DNA of 64,000 nucleotides from Negaprion brevirostris. Its lineage: Eukaryota. Every line of letters begins with the position of its first letter. Within the stretch, counting starts at the first letter, position 1. The notes under the pieces were generated by a model that was not told where the DNA came from, did not search any database, and worked only from the letters and a program-made list of their open reading frames with translations. The position numbers and the translations under genes were made by a program. Of this stretch, positions 51,057 to 62,645 are shown in pieces. Location: assembly GCA_030324005.1 (NCBI GenBank), contig JARDVH010000128.1, forward strand, positions 7,907,563 to 7,971,562. The letters run 5' to 3'.

Positions 51057-51223
51057 GTTCGTTTTACTTATACTCTGGAAGTGCCGTTAGAAAGTCTGAA
51101 ACTGTAGTCCAGGCAAACATGAAGGTTGAATTGTTGCCAGCATTGACTGATAACTACATGTATCTCCTCATTGATAATGAAACCAAAGAAGCAGCGATAG
51201 TGGATCCAGTGGAGCCACAGAAG
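51057..51223 (+). CDS. HAGH: HAGH exon 2 (second, cytosolic ATG at 51119); GC donor
   Basis: ctgcag|[57 protein letters not shown]|gcaagc. Confidence 0.95.
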
Positions 51224-52055
51224 GCAAGCAGGAAAAATAATTGTGAAAAATTTTAGTTAGTTAGCCATTGTTAAAAGTTGTTAAAGCAGTTTAGGTATCC
51301 TCTGTTGCACGTGCTTTGCTCGTGGCTGCAACGCAAAGGAACTGACTGGGTTTATGATTCTATTTTGGTATTTCCAACGTGACGTTATAATCGAAGCCAA
51401 TGGCTGCCAACCTAATATATATCATGGCACGCCTCTAAGTTGAGGCACACCTCCTATTTTCACTGTTTTCTTCCCTTACTGGGATCTTTGTTTTTAACTT
51501 CTCCCTGGCCGCTTGCCTGTATTTTTTTTTTTAAATCTCGCCTCTCCCAGGGTTTTTGTGCCACTTTTGAGTTTTTGCTTTCTACGCAGGTGCATGGAGA
51601 CCTTTGTCTTCGGCTGCAAGTCCTGTTGGTCAATGGGCATGGGGCCTGACCAACGTAAAAAATCTAAACTGCGCACTTGCGGCTCTTTCCCAGCCGGCTC
51701 ACGTGTGGAAGGCCCAAGGTTTGTCGGGTTTTGGAGGTGCCAGTCACAGAGGTAAAGACAAAGGTTGGTTTTAGTTTAATTACAGTAATTTTTAAATGTT
51801 TTTTGTGGCACACTTTGGCAGGGTTTGGTGGGGGGAGTGTGTGGAGGGGGTCATGTGCCACGTCACAATGGTTGAGAGCCACTGATTTTATGCAGGCGTG
51901 CAGCTTTGGATAGAAGGTTAACTGATTAAAATTGGCTGTAAGTCTTCTACTCAGCAACAGTTGAGAGTATTTCATTAAGAAGCTGTAAAGTGCTTTGGAA
52001 TGTTTTGAAGTTATGAAACACAATAAAACTAGATTGACAATTGAGTAATTAAACT

Positions 52056-52387
52056 GGCAGCACAGTGCCAGGGAGCCAGGTTCAATTCCTGGCTTGTGTC
52101 ACTGTCTGTNNNNNNNNNNNNNNNNNNNNNNNNNNNNNNNNNNNNNNNNNNNNNNNNNNNNNNNNNNNNNNNNNNNNNNNNNNNNNNNNNNNNNNNNNNN
52201 NNNNNNNNNNNNNNNNNNNNNNNNNNNNNNNNNNCAAAAGATGTGTTGGTCCGGTGCAATGGCCACGTTAAATTCTCACTCGGTGTACCCGAACAGGCAC
52301 CGAGTGTGGTGACGAGGGGATTTTCACAGTAACCGCATTGCAGTGTTAATGTAAGCCGACTAGTGACAACAAATAAACTTTAAACTT
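52056..52387 (+). mobile_element. HE1-type SINE, tail B (gap inside)
   Basis: aaattctcactcggtgtacccgaacaggcaccgagtgtggtgacgaggggattttcacagtaacc. Confidence 0.82.
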
Positions 52388-52801
52388 TGCAGTGTACCTA
52401 TACACGGTAAGAACGGGCCCTATGCTTTGCCGCTCGCCAGCCTGTGCCTAAAGCTTTCTGAACTGTATTCCTACGGGAAATGATGTGCAGTAACCGTCAT
52501 GCAATCAAAGCTTATCAGAAGCCCCTGGCCAACAAAGTTGAACGTTACCTGCACAGTGATAATATAACCTGAGTGAAGAAAATGGAAATTTTGGTCAATT
52601 TTACAAATATCCAAGCCACTGTTTCATTTGACTTCAACATCGTATCACTTACTTCCCCAAATTTCTTTTAAAGTTATTTAATTATACTTCTTAGTATTCC
52701 ATTGCTGAAATTCATTTTAGAAGGCCTGTGCCTTAAAAATTGCAAATGGAGTTCAGTTCCAAGTGAGCTATTTACGATTAGTCTATTTTCTTTCCTTTTA
52801 G

Positions 52802-52866
52802 GTAGTTGAAGCAGTGAAAAAGCATGGAGTAAAACTGACTACAGTTCTCACTACACATCACCACTG
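52802..52866 (+). CDS. HAGH: HAGH exon 3
   Basis: tttag|GTA..TG|gtaagc. VVEAVKKHGVKLTTVLTTHHHW (start of the metallo-beta-lactamase THxHxDH motif). Confidence 0.97.
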
Positions 52867-53049
52867 GTAAGCTTGTGATTTTTTTTTTTAAAGATGACCT
52901 TTAAAAGTGAATAATATACACAAAAGAAAATGTGTAGGGAACATAAACCTGCAATAAAACTCAGAGTTCGAGCTGACTGTTGATTTTGGAATTTTGGGTC
53001 CTTAGTGCAGTGTATTCCTACAAGTGAGTGTCAGATGATTCTATATTCA

Positions 53050-53745
53050 GGCCTGGATTTAACAAAAAAACAAGATCTAGAGAACAGCACATACAGTGCT
53101 TTTAATATAACAAAAACATCCCAAACAAATGCCACAGATAGTGAAAGAGTTAAGAGGGATTGCCAAAAGCGTGGGCAAAAATACATTTTTTGTGGAGGTG
53201 TTTAAAGGCTGAAATGATATGGTGAACTTTAGGGAGGGGGCTCCGGAGGGGAAGGCCGAGGCAACTTAAAAACCTATCACCGGTAAGGAGGGAGTGATGC
53301 TCAAAGTCTGAGAACCGAAGGACATTGGTTGGGAGTAAGATTGGAAAAGATTGTAGAAATATGGAAATATAAGACCAAGAATAATAAATATTTTGAACTG
53401 TTTGTTACAGAGAGTTAAGCAACCTAGTGTAACACAGGATGATGGAGTTTGTGAGGGCTGAGATTTGGGAGGTCAACAAGGAGGACCTTGGAGGAAATGT
53501 TCAGTCTAGAAGTGGCAAAGGTATGGATAACGAGTTTAGCATTGTTGGGTGTGGAAGCCAACGTTGTTGAGGAGGAAGTTAGAGGATTTAGTGATAGGTA
53601 TGTGTCTGATAATGTGGTAGAGGATTTAGTAACAGGTCTGCATCTGATGCTAAGATTGCGCACAGTCCTGATTTGGCCTTGGCAAGAGACAAGAAAGGGG
53701 TAGCATTGGTGGCAAGGACATAAATGTGTTCTTTAACCTAATTTG
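53050..53745 (-). mobile_element. Old L2-like LINE 3' fragment
   Basis: Minus-strand AKLVIHTFATSRL resembles the L2 LIHAFVTSRLDY motif. Confidence 0.55.
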
Positions 53746-54218
53746 TATCAACGTGCTTATGGGAATAGTTAGGGAATTATAAAGAAGAATGTGGCAATGA
53801 CATGCTGAATAATATGAAAGGGTGCAGTGCCTTGAGGTAATGGTGCACTGCAAAATAAGACTGTAATACAAAGTGCAATCAGTGGCAATTACTCGTCTTG
53901 GAAATTGGATACTGCAAAGTCAAAATGATTTGAGTCTTATCCCTAAACTCATTGGATGGTATCCCGAAGCAAAAGTGGTGGGATCAGCAGCAATTGGTAA
54001 GGAAAGCAATTGCACTTGAGGGATTATCAATAAAACACGAGAGATTACAACTCCAGATCCAACTGATGCAGTCTGGTAACAGAGCAAGAGTTTCTGACAG
54101 GGTGTATCTATCATCTCCCTCCCCACTCACCCTGCAACTACGTACACATGTATTGTCTACTTTCCTGCGTTATTTGATATCTAGTTTTGATAATGTTGAA
54201 CTGCTGTCCTGTTTCCAG

Positions 54219-54336
54219 GGACCACGCTGGTGGTAACGAAGAGCTGATAAAGAAGGTACCTGGTCTTCAGGTCTTTGGAGGTGATGATCGGATTGGAGCG
54301 CTCACTTGTAAAGCAACANNNNNNNNNNNNNNNNNN
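54219..54336 (+). CDS. HAGH: HAGH exon 4 (3' end inside N gap 54319-54351; end inferred)
   Basis: ttccag|[34 protein letters not shown]. Confidence 0.93.
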
Positions 54337-54889
54337 NNNNNNNNNNNNNNNCTGAGCATGTACTCACTCGAAGGATTACTTGTACGTAAGTTCCGCTGCT
54401 TCCAGTCTGGCGGCCGTAGCCGTATTATGTAAATTAATAGAGTTTACGAATTTGTAAATGAGTTTGGACTTTGCAGTATCCAATTTCCAAGACAAAAATT
54501 GCTTCCCCGTTTAAAAAAAATTGCTCGCTGTCTTTCATTTCCCAGCGGACTAATTGAGCACTCTGCCCGACTTGGAGTGGTTTAGGCTCTGGACTGCGTG
54601 ATAACTAACTGGTTTCCCAGGAAATATAGATACGGTGAGACACGTTTGTCTGCCTCCCGTGTCCTGTCTCTTCCCGCTCTCCCCCAAAGCTGGTTTTATC
54701 ATTAACGCAGCCGTGCTCGAAGCTCCTTAAATCCTCTACTATTAAGGGCAAGTATTAGGCGATTCTCCATCTCAGAATGTACACATCTCAACCTATGGTT
54801 CTGCCCTGTGCAGTCCCAGGTTTTGCCGCTTATTCCCGGTAATGTTATTTGTAATAAAAACTTTTTACACAAAGAAAATGAATTATAGA

Positions 54890-55457
54890 TTCATAGACTC
54901 ATAGAATCCCTACAGTGCAGGAAGAGCTCGTTGTACCCATCGAGTCTCCACCGACCCTAATCCCACCCAGACCCTATCCCTGTAATCCTACGCATTTACC
55001 CTGCTAATTCCGTTGACACATCGGGCGGCGTAGTGGTTAGCACTGCTGCCTCACAGCACCAGGGGCCCAGGTTCGATTCCCGGCTTGGGTCTGTATCTGT
55101 GTGGAGTCTGAACGTTCTCCCTGCGTCCGCGTGAGTTTCCTCCGGGTGCTCCGGAGTCCCCCCTCGCTCTGAACGACGTGCCGGACGGGTGCCGGAATGA
55201 GGCGACGAAAAGAATTTCGTGGTAACTTCAACGAAATGTTAATGTAAGCCTTACTTATGACTGATAAATAAACTTTTATTTAGCGTGACCAATCCACCTA
55301 ACCCACGGACCTTTGGAGCGTGGGAGGAAACCGGAGCACCTGGGGAAAACCCAGGCAGATACAAGGAGAATGTGCAGACTCCATACGTTCTGAAATTGAA
55401 CCCAGGTCACTGGCAACGTGAGGCGACGGTGCGAACCATTCTGTCACCGTGCCGCCA
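54890..55457 (-). mobile_element. HE1-type SINE tail A (antisense), split by a nested sense tail-B SINE at ~55024-55276
   Basis: Tail catagaatccctacagtgcag..cccatcgagtc at 54900-55020; head and core ggaggaaaccggagcacc..ccgtgccgcc at 55280-55457. Confidence 0.85.
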
Positions 55458-55499
55458 TGTCTTCTGTGTGTTTTACTTGCTATATGTAAAGATTGTCCG

Positions 55500-55765
55500 T
55501 AGTTTAATTCCAGGCAGAGAGGTTAGCACGAGTCACTGTCCGTGTGGAGTTTGCACATTCTCTGTACGTCTCCGTGGGTTTCCTCTGGCTAGTCTTGTTT
55601 TCACGTACAGTCCAAAGATGTGCGGGTTAGATTGATTGGCCACGCTAAATTAACCCTAGTGTCAGGTTAAGTATGTGTGTCAACAGGAATAGGGCCTGGT
55701 GAGATAGTGGTCGACGCAGACTCCTTGGGCCGAATGGCCTCCTTCTGCCCTGTAGGGATTCTGTG
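55500..55765 (+). mobile_element. HE1-type SINE, tail A, 5' truncated
   Basis: gtgtggagtttgcacattctc..gggccgaatggcctccttctgccctgtagggattc. Confidence 0.82.
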
Positions 55766-55905
55766 GATTGTATAAAATGTGCACGGTTTGGGAAAAGCAA
55801 TACTATAGAAAGTTAAAGAATAACCAAGTCAATGATTCTTAGAGTGCGTAGAGCGGTGTTTAAAAATGAAACTAACTACAAGACGTGATATGCTTAACCA
55901 TTTAG

Positions 55906-56014
55906 GTTGGCTCTTTGAATGTGAAATGCCTGTTTACACCCTGCCATACATCAGGACATATCTGCTACTTTGTGACAAAAGAGAATAGCAGTGAAGCACC
56001 AGCTGTATTCACTG
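55906..56014 (+). CDS. HAGH: HAGH exon 5
   Basis: tttag|GTT..ACTG|gtgagt. [36 protein letters not shown]. Confidence 0.97.
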
Positions 56015-56599
56015 GTGAGTGTAGCTGAACCCTCCCTCTACGATGTAACAAAATTATCATTCGACATATAAATAGCTTTAGCCTGTACTCAATTCTCGAT
56101 AGATTAGCTTTGCTTTTACCAGAGTAATCCACGTTTGCCTCTGCCGCGAGAGGCTTGTTGAGTACTAAGCAATCGTTGTATGTAATAAGGCCTAATTACT
56201 TTCTTTTAAAGCTTTTACAGACTAGATTAGATCTGAAACATTCTTCACTGCATTGGCACTGTTTACATTTGTCTGGATGGAAATCTCAAATTGTTAGCTT
56301 TGATTAACCGAGTTTATGAATTTTCAAATGAAGGCGTGAGCTCGGGCACACCCATTTTTGGGATTTTCGGGGTGGCAACAAGCAGCGCAGGGAACCAACC
56401 CTGTGCCTGAGTGCTGAGTTTTAAGTTACTCTCTGTCCAGGTCTCACCCTTGTTTATAGTGAGCTAGTGAGGTCCTCTGCAGTGCTTGGTCCGTTAAGTG
56501 GGCAAAGGAGATAATCAAGAAGTGATGGAGGTTGGGGTGGGGACGACTGGTGAGGGCAGTTGGGGTAACTGGAGGAAGAGGGTAGAATTGAACCCGTGT

Positions 56600-57820
56600 T
56601 CCTCCCTGAGAGCATTCTGCTGCGCCTCTGGATTTTCTGGCATTCAGGAGAATGAGATGGGGTTTCACTGAAAAGTATAAAATTCTGACAAGCCTGAATA
56701 CAGGGATGATGTTTCTTCTGGCTGATGCATCTGGAACAAGATTCATGATATGTGTACACCATTTAGAACTAAGATGAGAAACTCCTTCACTCAGAGGGTT
56801 GTGAACCTGTGGAATTCTCTACCACGTAAGGCTTTGGAGGAATATTGTCGGCTAATTTGACAAGGTGGATTCAAAATTGGATTTATTGTAGGAGATAGAG
56901 GGTGATGACAGAAGGCTGCATACGCTATGAAGTTCTGAGGGGCAAAGGGACCCTGGCGTATTTGTGCATAGATCTCCGAAGGCAGAATTACATGTTAACA
57001 GGATGGTGGAAAAAGCATGTGGGACATTTGCCTTTATCAATCAAGGCATAGATTACAAAAGCAGTGAGGTCATGTTGGAGTTGTATGGAACTTTGGTGAG
57101 GCCACAGCAAGAGTATTACGTGCAGTTCTGGCCGCCACGATGTAGGAAGGGTATAATTCCACTGGAGGAGCTGAAGAAGAGATTCACCAGGATGTTGCCT
57201 GGCACGGAACTTTTAAGTTATAAAGAGAGGTTGGATAGACTTGGGTTGTTTTTGCTGGAGGAGAGAAGACCGAGGGGCAACTTGATTGAGGTGTAAGATT
57301 ATGAGAGATACGGTGCAGCTCTTACCCTTAGATGAAGGTTCGTCATGAGGAGACACAAGTTCAAGGTGAGGGGCAGGAGGTTTGGGGGGGTTGAGGAAAA
57401 ACTTTTTTTATCCAGAGGGTGATGATAGTCTGGAATGTGCCGTCTGGGAGGGTGGTGGAGATGGGTTGCCTCGCATCCTTTAAAATGTACCTGGATGAGC
57501 AATTGGCACGTCGTAACATTGAAGACTACGGGCCAAATGCTGGTAAATAGGATTGGGTGGGGAGGTCGTTGGATAAGTAGGATAAATGTTTGTCATGTAT
57601 GGGAGGGGATTCAAGGGCCCTGTTCTGCACTGCGAGATTCTTTGAAATCACTGAATACATTTAAGAGGGATATAAATTTCTAGAACTGTAAAGTGCCAAG
57701 GGGTAATGGGAGAGTGTTGGGAGTATGGTATTGAGATAGAAGATCAGCCACGATCGTACCGAATGGCAGAGAGACCTGAAGGGCCGAATGACCCCTCCCG
57801 CTACTATTTTCTATGTTTCT
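56600..57820 (+). mobile_element. Nested CR1 LINE 3' fragments
   Basis: VMLELYGTLVRPQQEYYVQFWPP..KRFTRMLPG..LSYKERLDRLGLFLLEERRPRGNLIEV; CR1 tail gggccgaatgacccctcc. Confidence 0.85.
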
Positions 57821-58537
57821 ATTAACAAGCAAAAAATTGATTTTTCAGAAACATTTAGTTGTGAATTATTGGCTTCCACACTGATTGCTCACAGCCTGCC
57901 TTCCTTCCTTCTCTTCACATGCGTTCCCAAGGGCCCCAGTTACCCAGGCCCAGGCCTTTAGTGCCATGTCCCTCTAACCTCATGGCCAGAACCCCGTAAG
58001 AGACTTTAGCATCTGTTTGTTTAGTGACCACGAGCTGTAAATTAGCTGACCAGCCACCCACATCAAGGTGATCGTGGACAGCAGACGGGAAAATTAGAAG
58101 GAAGGAATATTTCACAAACTGACACCAAAAGCAAGAGAGTTTAGGTCTTGATTTACAATTCCTGTTTATAAAATCACTATTCATCAATCTGAATAAAATC
58201 ATCATTAGAAATAAGAATTTGACAAAAATATAACTAAATCCCAAATCAAAGGAAATTTTAACATGAAAGGTATGATATATACTGACCATTAAACCCTTTG
58301 AAGTTTTTAATATGTTCTGTTGATTGTTCTAATTGAATATCTGAGGTTTCTCTCGTATTAGGTCTGTTTAGAATATTAAGGGCAATGGATTTGCACCGTT
58401 GAAAAGCTAATCGTACTCTGCTTCTTTCTCTTTGCCAGTCACGTGTGTATTTTTACTTATGCACGTTCACAAAATCTATTGCATGGCCCACTATTGTCCC
58501 TATTATGATTTCTCAATTGGTTTTACTTTCCCCACAG

Positions 58538-58641
58538 GTGATACACTATTTGTTGCAGGTTGTGGAAAATTCTTTGAAGGATCTGGTGAAGAAATGTACC
58601 GAGCTCTGATTGACATTCTCGGCAGCCTCCCACCTGAAACG
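58538..58641 (+). CDS. HAGH: HAGH exon 6
   Basis: cacag|GT..ACG|gtagat. [35 protein letters not shown]. Confidence 0.97.
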
Positions 58642-59174
58642 GTAGATGTTTCGCTTTTGAATAAGAATTCCAATTGTTAACCTGTTATTTTGGACATTCG
58701 ACAGCGTATTTCGACTTGCACGTTGACGGTTTTTTTCTTTCAAAAAGAAATATCTGAGGGAATTATTTTGAAATAAATGTCCTGGCATCCTCTTTTCCTG
58801 CCCTTTTATTTGTGCCCATTGCCTCCACTATCTCTGAAGATTTGAGGTGCTTACTGGGTGGGGTAAGGCACAGTGTCAGGGGGCCATACTGTGAGAATTG
58901 AGTCTTGGCCATAGTTTTACGTTAAGCAGTCTGAAATTGGGAACTGAATTGGTAACTTCGTTCCATAAGATTGGCTAATGCAAGAAAAAGCTAAAATGAA
59001 ATAGAGCAGGTAATGCTTCTCAGCAGTGTAAAGAAAGAAACTGCATTTACAAATAAACTCCTCAGGCTGGAAAATAAATTTTAAAAATTAATCTCCTTTC
59101 AGGTGCTGTTGTTGTTGCTATGTAGGCAGACACCTCGTCCAATTAGATTATAGTAAGGCCCGACAGACAAATCA

Positions 59175-59374
59175 AAAGAGAAAATGCTGGAAAATCTCAG
59201 CAGGTGTGGCAGCATCTGTAAGGAGAGAAAAGAGCTGACGTTTCAAGTCCAGATGACCCCTTGTCAAAACTGACCAACTTTGAGCTTTGACAAAGGTTCA
59301 TCTGGACTCGAAACGTCAGCTCTTTTCTTACAGGTGCTGCCAGACCTGGTAAGATTTTCCAGCATTTTGTCTTT
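59175..59374. repeat. Palindromic Penelope-derived element (~90-bp arms, ~17-nt loop)
   Basis: aaaatgctggaaaatct..gctgacgtttcaagtccagatgaccccttgtcaaa / tttgacaaaggttcatctggactcgaaacgtcagc..agattttccagcatttt. Confidence 0.85.
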
Positions 59375-60242
59375 CGGTTTCAAATCCCAGAATCCGCAAT
59401 AATTTGCTTTTATCCTTACGGACAGGAAATGAGGCGAGTGGCCAGTTCATTTGTTTTTGATAGGGTTGGTTGCGGAAGGAGCGGTGGGCGGTACACTGGA
59501 ATAATTGTTTGCAGTTTAAAAGATACGCAACCTTCTATATTCATCCGAACCAACGAGACAAGTAAACTGGATATCGGTTCAATAACTCCCTGAAGACGGG
59601 GGCTGGAATTTTAGTGGCCTGCCCGTCGCAGGAATCGAAGCGGGTGAGGGGTCGACCGTGGGAAGNNNNNNNNNNNNNNNNNNNNNNNNNNNNNNNNNNN
59701 NNNNNNNNNNNNNNNNNNNNNNNNNNNNNNNNNNNNNNNNNNNNNNNNNNNNNNNNNNNAACATAAGCCAAGAACGTGCACAAAAATCCTGGCCCAGGGC
59801 TTGACCCTACTCTCCTCTGACTCAAAGGCAAAAGCCTTAACAAATCAGCCAAGGTGACACAAAGCCACAACGGTGCAGCCACCTTACTGATGGAATTTTG
59901 GCATCCTTATGTGGGTCAGTACAAATACTCAGCAAAATATATTAATGTTTAAAAAGGAAATTAATGAAAAGGATACTAGAACATTGGGAAAACCAGTTCA
60001 ATTTTTTCAAATCCCAGTAATACTGGTGTTCCATTTTAAGGCATGCAATATCTGTTGGGACAATCCTGGTCCCTTTCATTTTCAAGTTTTATTATTTGTT
60101 TCAGTATTCCAGTATAATCTGGTGTGGGAACAAGATGAGAAACGTCTGCTGCCAATGAGAGCGTTACGAGGAATTAGGACGAAATTTGTGTTTTTGAATT
60201 CCAAATTCTTACATGCGATGTTAATGTCATATTTTGTTTTAG

Positions 60243-60359
<117 letters not shown>

Positions 60360-60599
60360 TGAACGTTGTCAATCGTTAGAACGAAGCACGCATGGGATTT
60401 GTCGCACTAGTTTGTGAACTGTCCATTTCTACTTAATAACCGATGCCAGATCAACGAGCCATTATAATTAGCTGTATTGAAATATAGGATTGCCCTCTGG
60501 TATCTGTTGAGTTCAATGCCACACAACACACAGATGGTCCTGGGACAGATTTTCTGTTCCAACCTCAGGTCTTGAGGAAAACGTGAGGCTTAATGTTTC

Positions 60600-60895
60600 A
60601 CAGTAAGAGGTCTCACAGTGATGTGGAGATGCCGGCGACAGACAGGGTAGGCGCTGTAAGAAGCGTCTCGACGTGCGGTTAAAATCCAAACATTTGGAAT
60701 CGTGAACTTTCAGAGTGCTGCTCCTTCCTCAGGTAAGTGGAGAGGTGAGTTCACAAACCGGCATTTATAGACAGACACAACTGCAAGATAACGGTTGGAA
60801 TATGCGTCTTTACAGGTACAGACAGTGCGAGTGGAGAGAGGGATAATCACAGGTTAAAGAGGTATGAATTGTCTCAAGCCAGGTCGTAAGTCTCC
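60600..60895 (-). mobile_element. Penelope-like pLTR fragment (antisense)
   Basis: Reverse complement contains ccacttacctgaggaaggagcagcactctgaaag and tccctctctccactcgcactgtctgtacc, homologous to 4680-4900. Confidence 0.75.
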
Positions 60896-61311
60896 ACTTA
60901 ATCTGTAACAGGAACAGAGCTGATATAACCATCTCACTAAATCCTGTGACTAAATTCTTTGTGTGATGTAAGAAGCTGGTAGAATTATATTGTATAGCCT
61001 ATTACCAAACGCATCTTACGTAGGACAGTCGTTACTATCTTCAGCCATTGCTGAAGCAAATACTACTTAAGCGCGTACGGAGAATAAATATTTTCCTTTT
61101 GTGATGGTGCAAAAGCAAATCAGAAACTGACCTCATCTATGCTGCCAGTAACAATCAAATTGTGCTCTCCCTATTCTGTCTGAGTCAGTACTAGAGTTTC
61201 TCGTTATGGTGGGTTTTATGTAAGACTGTGTAGCAGGTCGTTAAATAGGGAAGAGATTTGTTTAATGACCTAGACACACACGTTCCAATGGTCTTTGGCA
61301 GGAAGGGAGAA

Positions 61312-61705
61312 AGAAAGACCTGTATTTATATCATGCCTTTCACGACCTCAGGACTTTCAAAAAAAGCTTCCAGGCAGTGAAGTACTTTTGAAGTGTAATG
61401 ATTGTTATAACGTAGGAAACATGGAAGCCAATTTGTGTACAGCAAGCTCCCACAATCAGCAATGCCATGAATATTGGCTGAGAGATAAATATTAACCATG
61501 ACCCTAGCATTCCCCTCTTCAACATTGTGTTGTAGTATGTTTTACATTCACCTGAGATAGCAGACCGGGCCTCTCTCAAAAGACAGCGCCTCTGACACTG
61601 AAGTACTTCCTCAGTATCGCACCAGAATGTCAGCCTAGATTTTGTACTTCAACCTCAGGAATAGAATTCAAGCCAACGCCTTTCAGAGGTGAGAGGTTAA
61701 CGCTG
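61312..61705 (-). mobile_element. DeuSINE (SacSINE1-like)
   Basis: Reverse complement shows a Deu-like domain and L2 tail: gtgggagcttgctgtacacaaattggct..cacttcaaaagtacttca..cctgaggtcgtgaaaggcatgatataaatacagg. Other decayed copies near 21660-21900, 51850-52025 and 59030-59530. Confidence 0.75.
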
Positions 61706-61916
61706 TGGTTAAGCTACCCCCTCCCACCCTTCTCCATTTCTGAATTACAGGAGGAGGGAGTCACCCTCAGAGCAAGTCAGATAGGAGAGCGAGGAGCATC
61801 ATGTTGTAAACATAGGAGAGGGAAACAAGACCTAAACGGCCATAAAAACAAAGAGTGCTGGAAAACCGAAGTAGGTCTGGCAGCTTCTGTGGAGACAGGA
61901 ACAGAGTTAACGTTTT

Positions 61917-62042
61917 GGGTGGGATTTCACGACCTCGCTCGGGTGAGGTTCATAAAATCCTGCTTGAGGCCAATGGAGAATTCCATCCTACAAACCTCGC
62001 CCGCCCCGGAATTGGGGCGGCCGAGGCGGTAAAATTCCAGCC
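61917..62042. mobile_element. Harbinger-type MITE inserted into a Penelope-derived fragment
   Basis: TIR-like gggtgggatttcac..gtaaaattccagcc; splits the host motif aacgttt|tcgagtcc. Confidence 0.65.
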
Positions 62043-62285
62043 TTCGAGTCCAATACGGTGCTTCGATGGAACTAGCTTCGAGGTATTTAGAGGTATTTTA
62101 GAGGACGTTCAATCGATTCAAAGCAAGATTCAGTCATCTTTTTTAGAGTTGGATCCTCAAGTTAAGAATCCAGATTATTCTGTACAGTTGGTCAACCGTT
62201 ATTATAACTGTTAATAACTCATTACCATTTTTTGGGAAACGTGAATCCCAGACTATTAGCGCTGTCTTTTTGCACTTGTTTTTAG

Positions 62286-62365
62286 GAACACTACGGACTT
62301 GGAAAACCTACCATCCCGTCCACCATTGGAGAGGAGTTCACTTACAACCCTTTCATGCGAGTGAG
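62286..62365 (+). CDS. HAGH: HAGH exon 8
   Basis: tttag|GAA..AG|gtacag. [26 protein letters not shown]. Confidence 0.97.
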
Positions 62366-62392
62366 GTACAGCGAAATCCATATTCAACTTCT

Positions 62393-62645
62393 GGGCACAG
62401 TGGTTAGCACAGCACAAGGATCCCGAGTTTGATTGCAGCCGTGGGTGACTCTGTGTGGAGTTTGCACGTTCTTCCTGTTTCTGTGTGGGTTTCTTCCCAC
62501 AGTCCCAAAGATGTGCGGGTTAGGTGGATTGTCTACGGTTACTCCATGTGCTTATGGGGATAGGGCGTCGGAGTGGGTCTTTCAGAGAGTCGATGCTGAC
62601 TCGATGGACCGAATGGCCTCCTTCTGCTCAGTAGGGATTCTGATT
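62393..62645 (+). mobile_element. HE1-type SINE, tail A
   Basis: gggcacagtggttagcac..tcgatggaccgaatggcctccttctgc. Confidence 0.82.
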
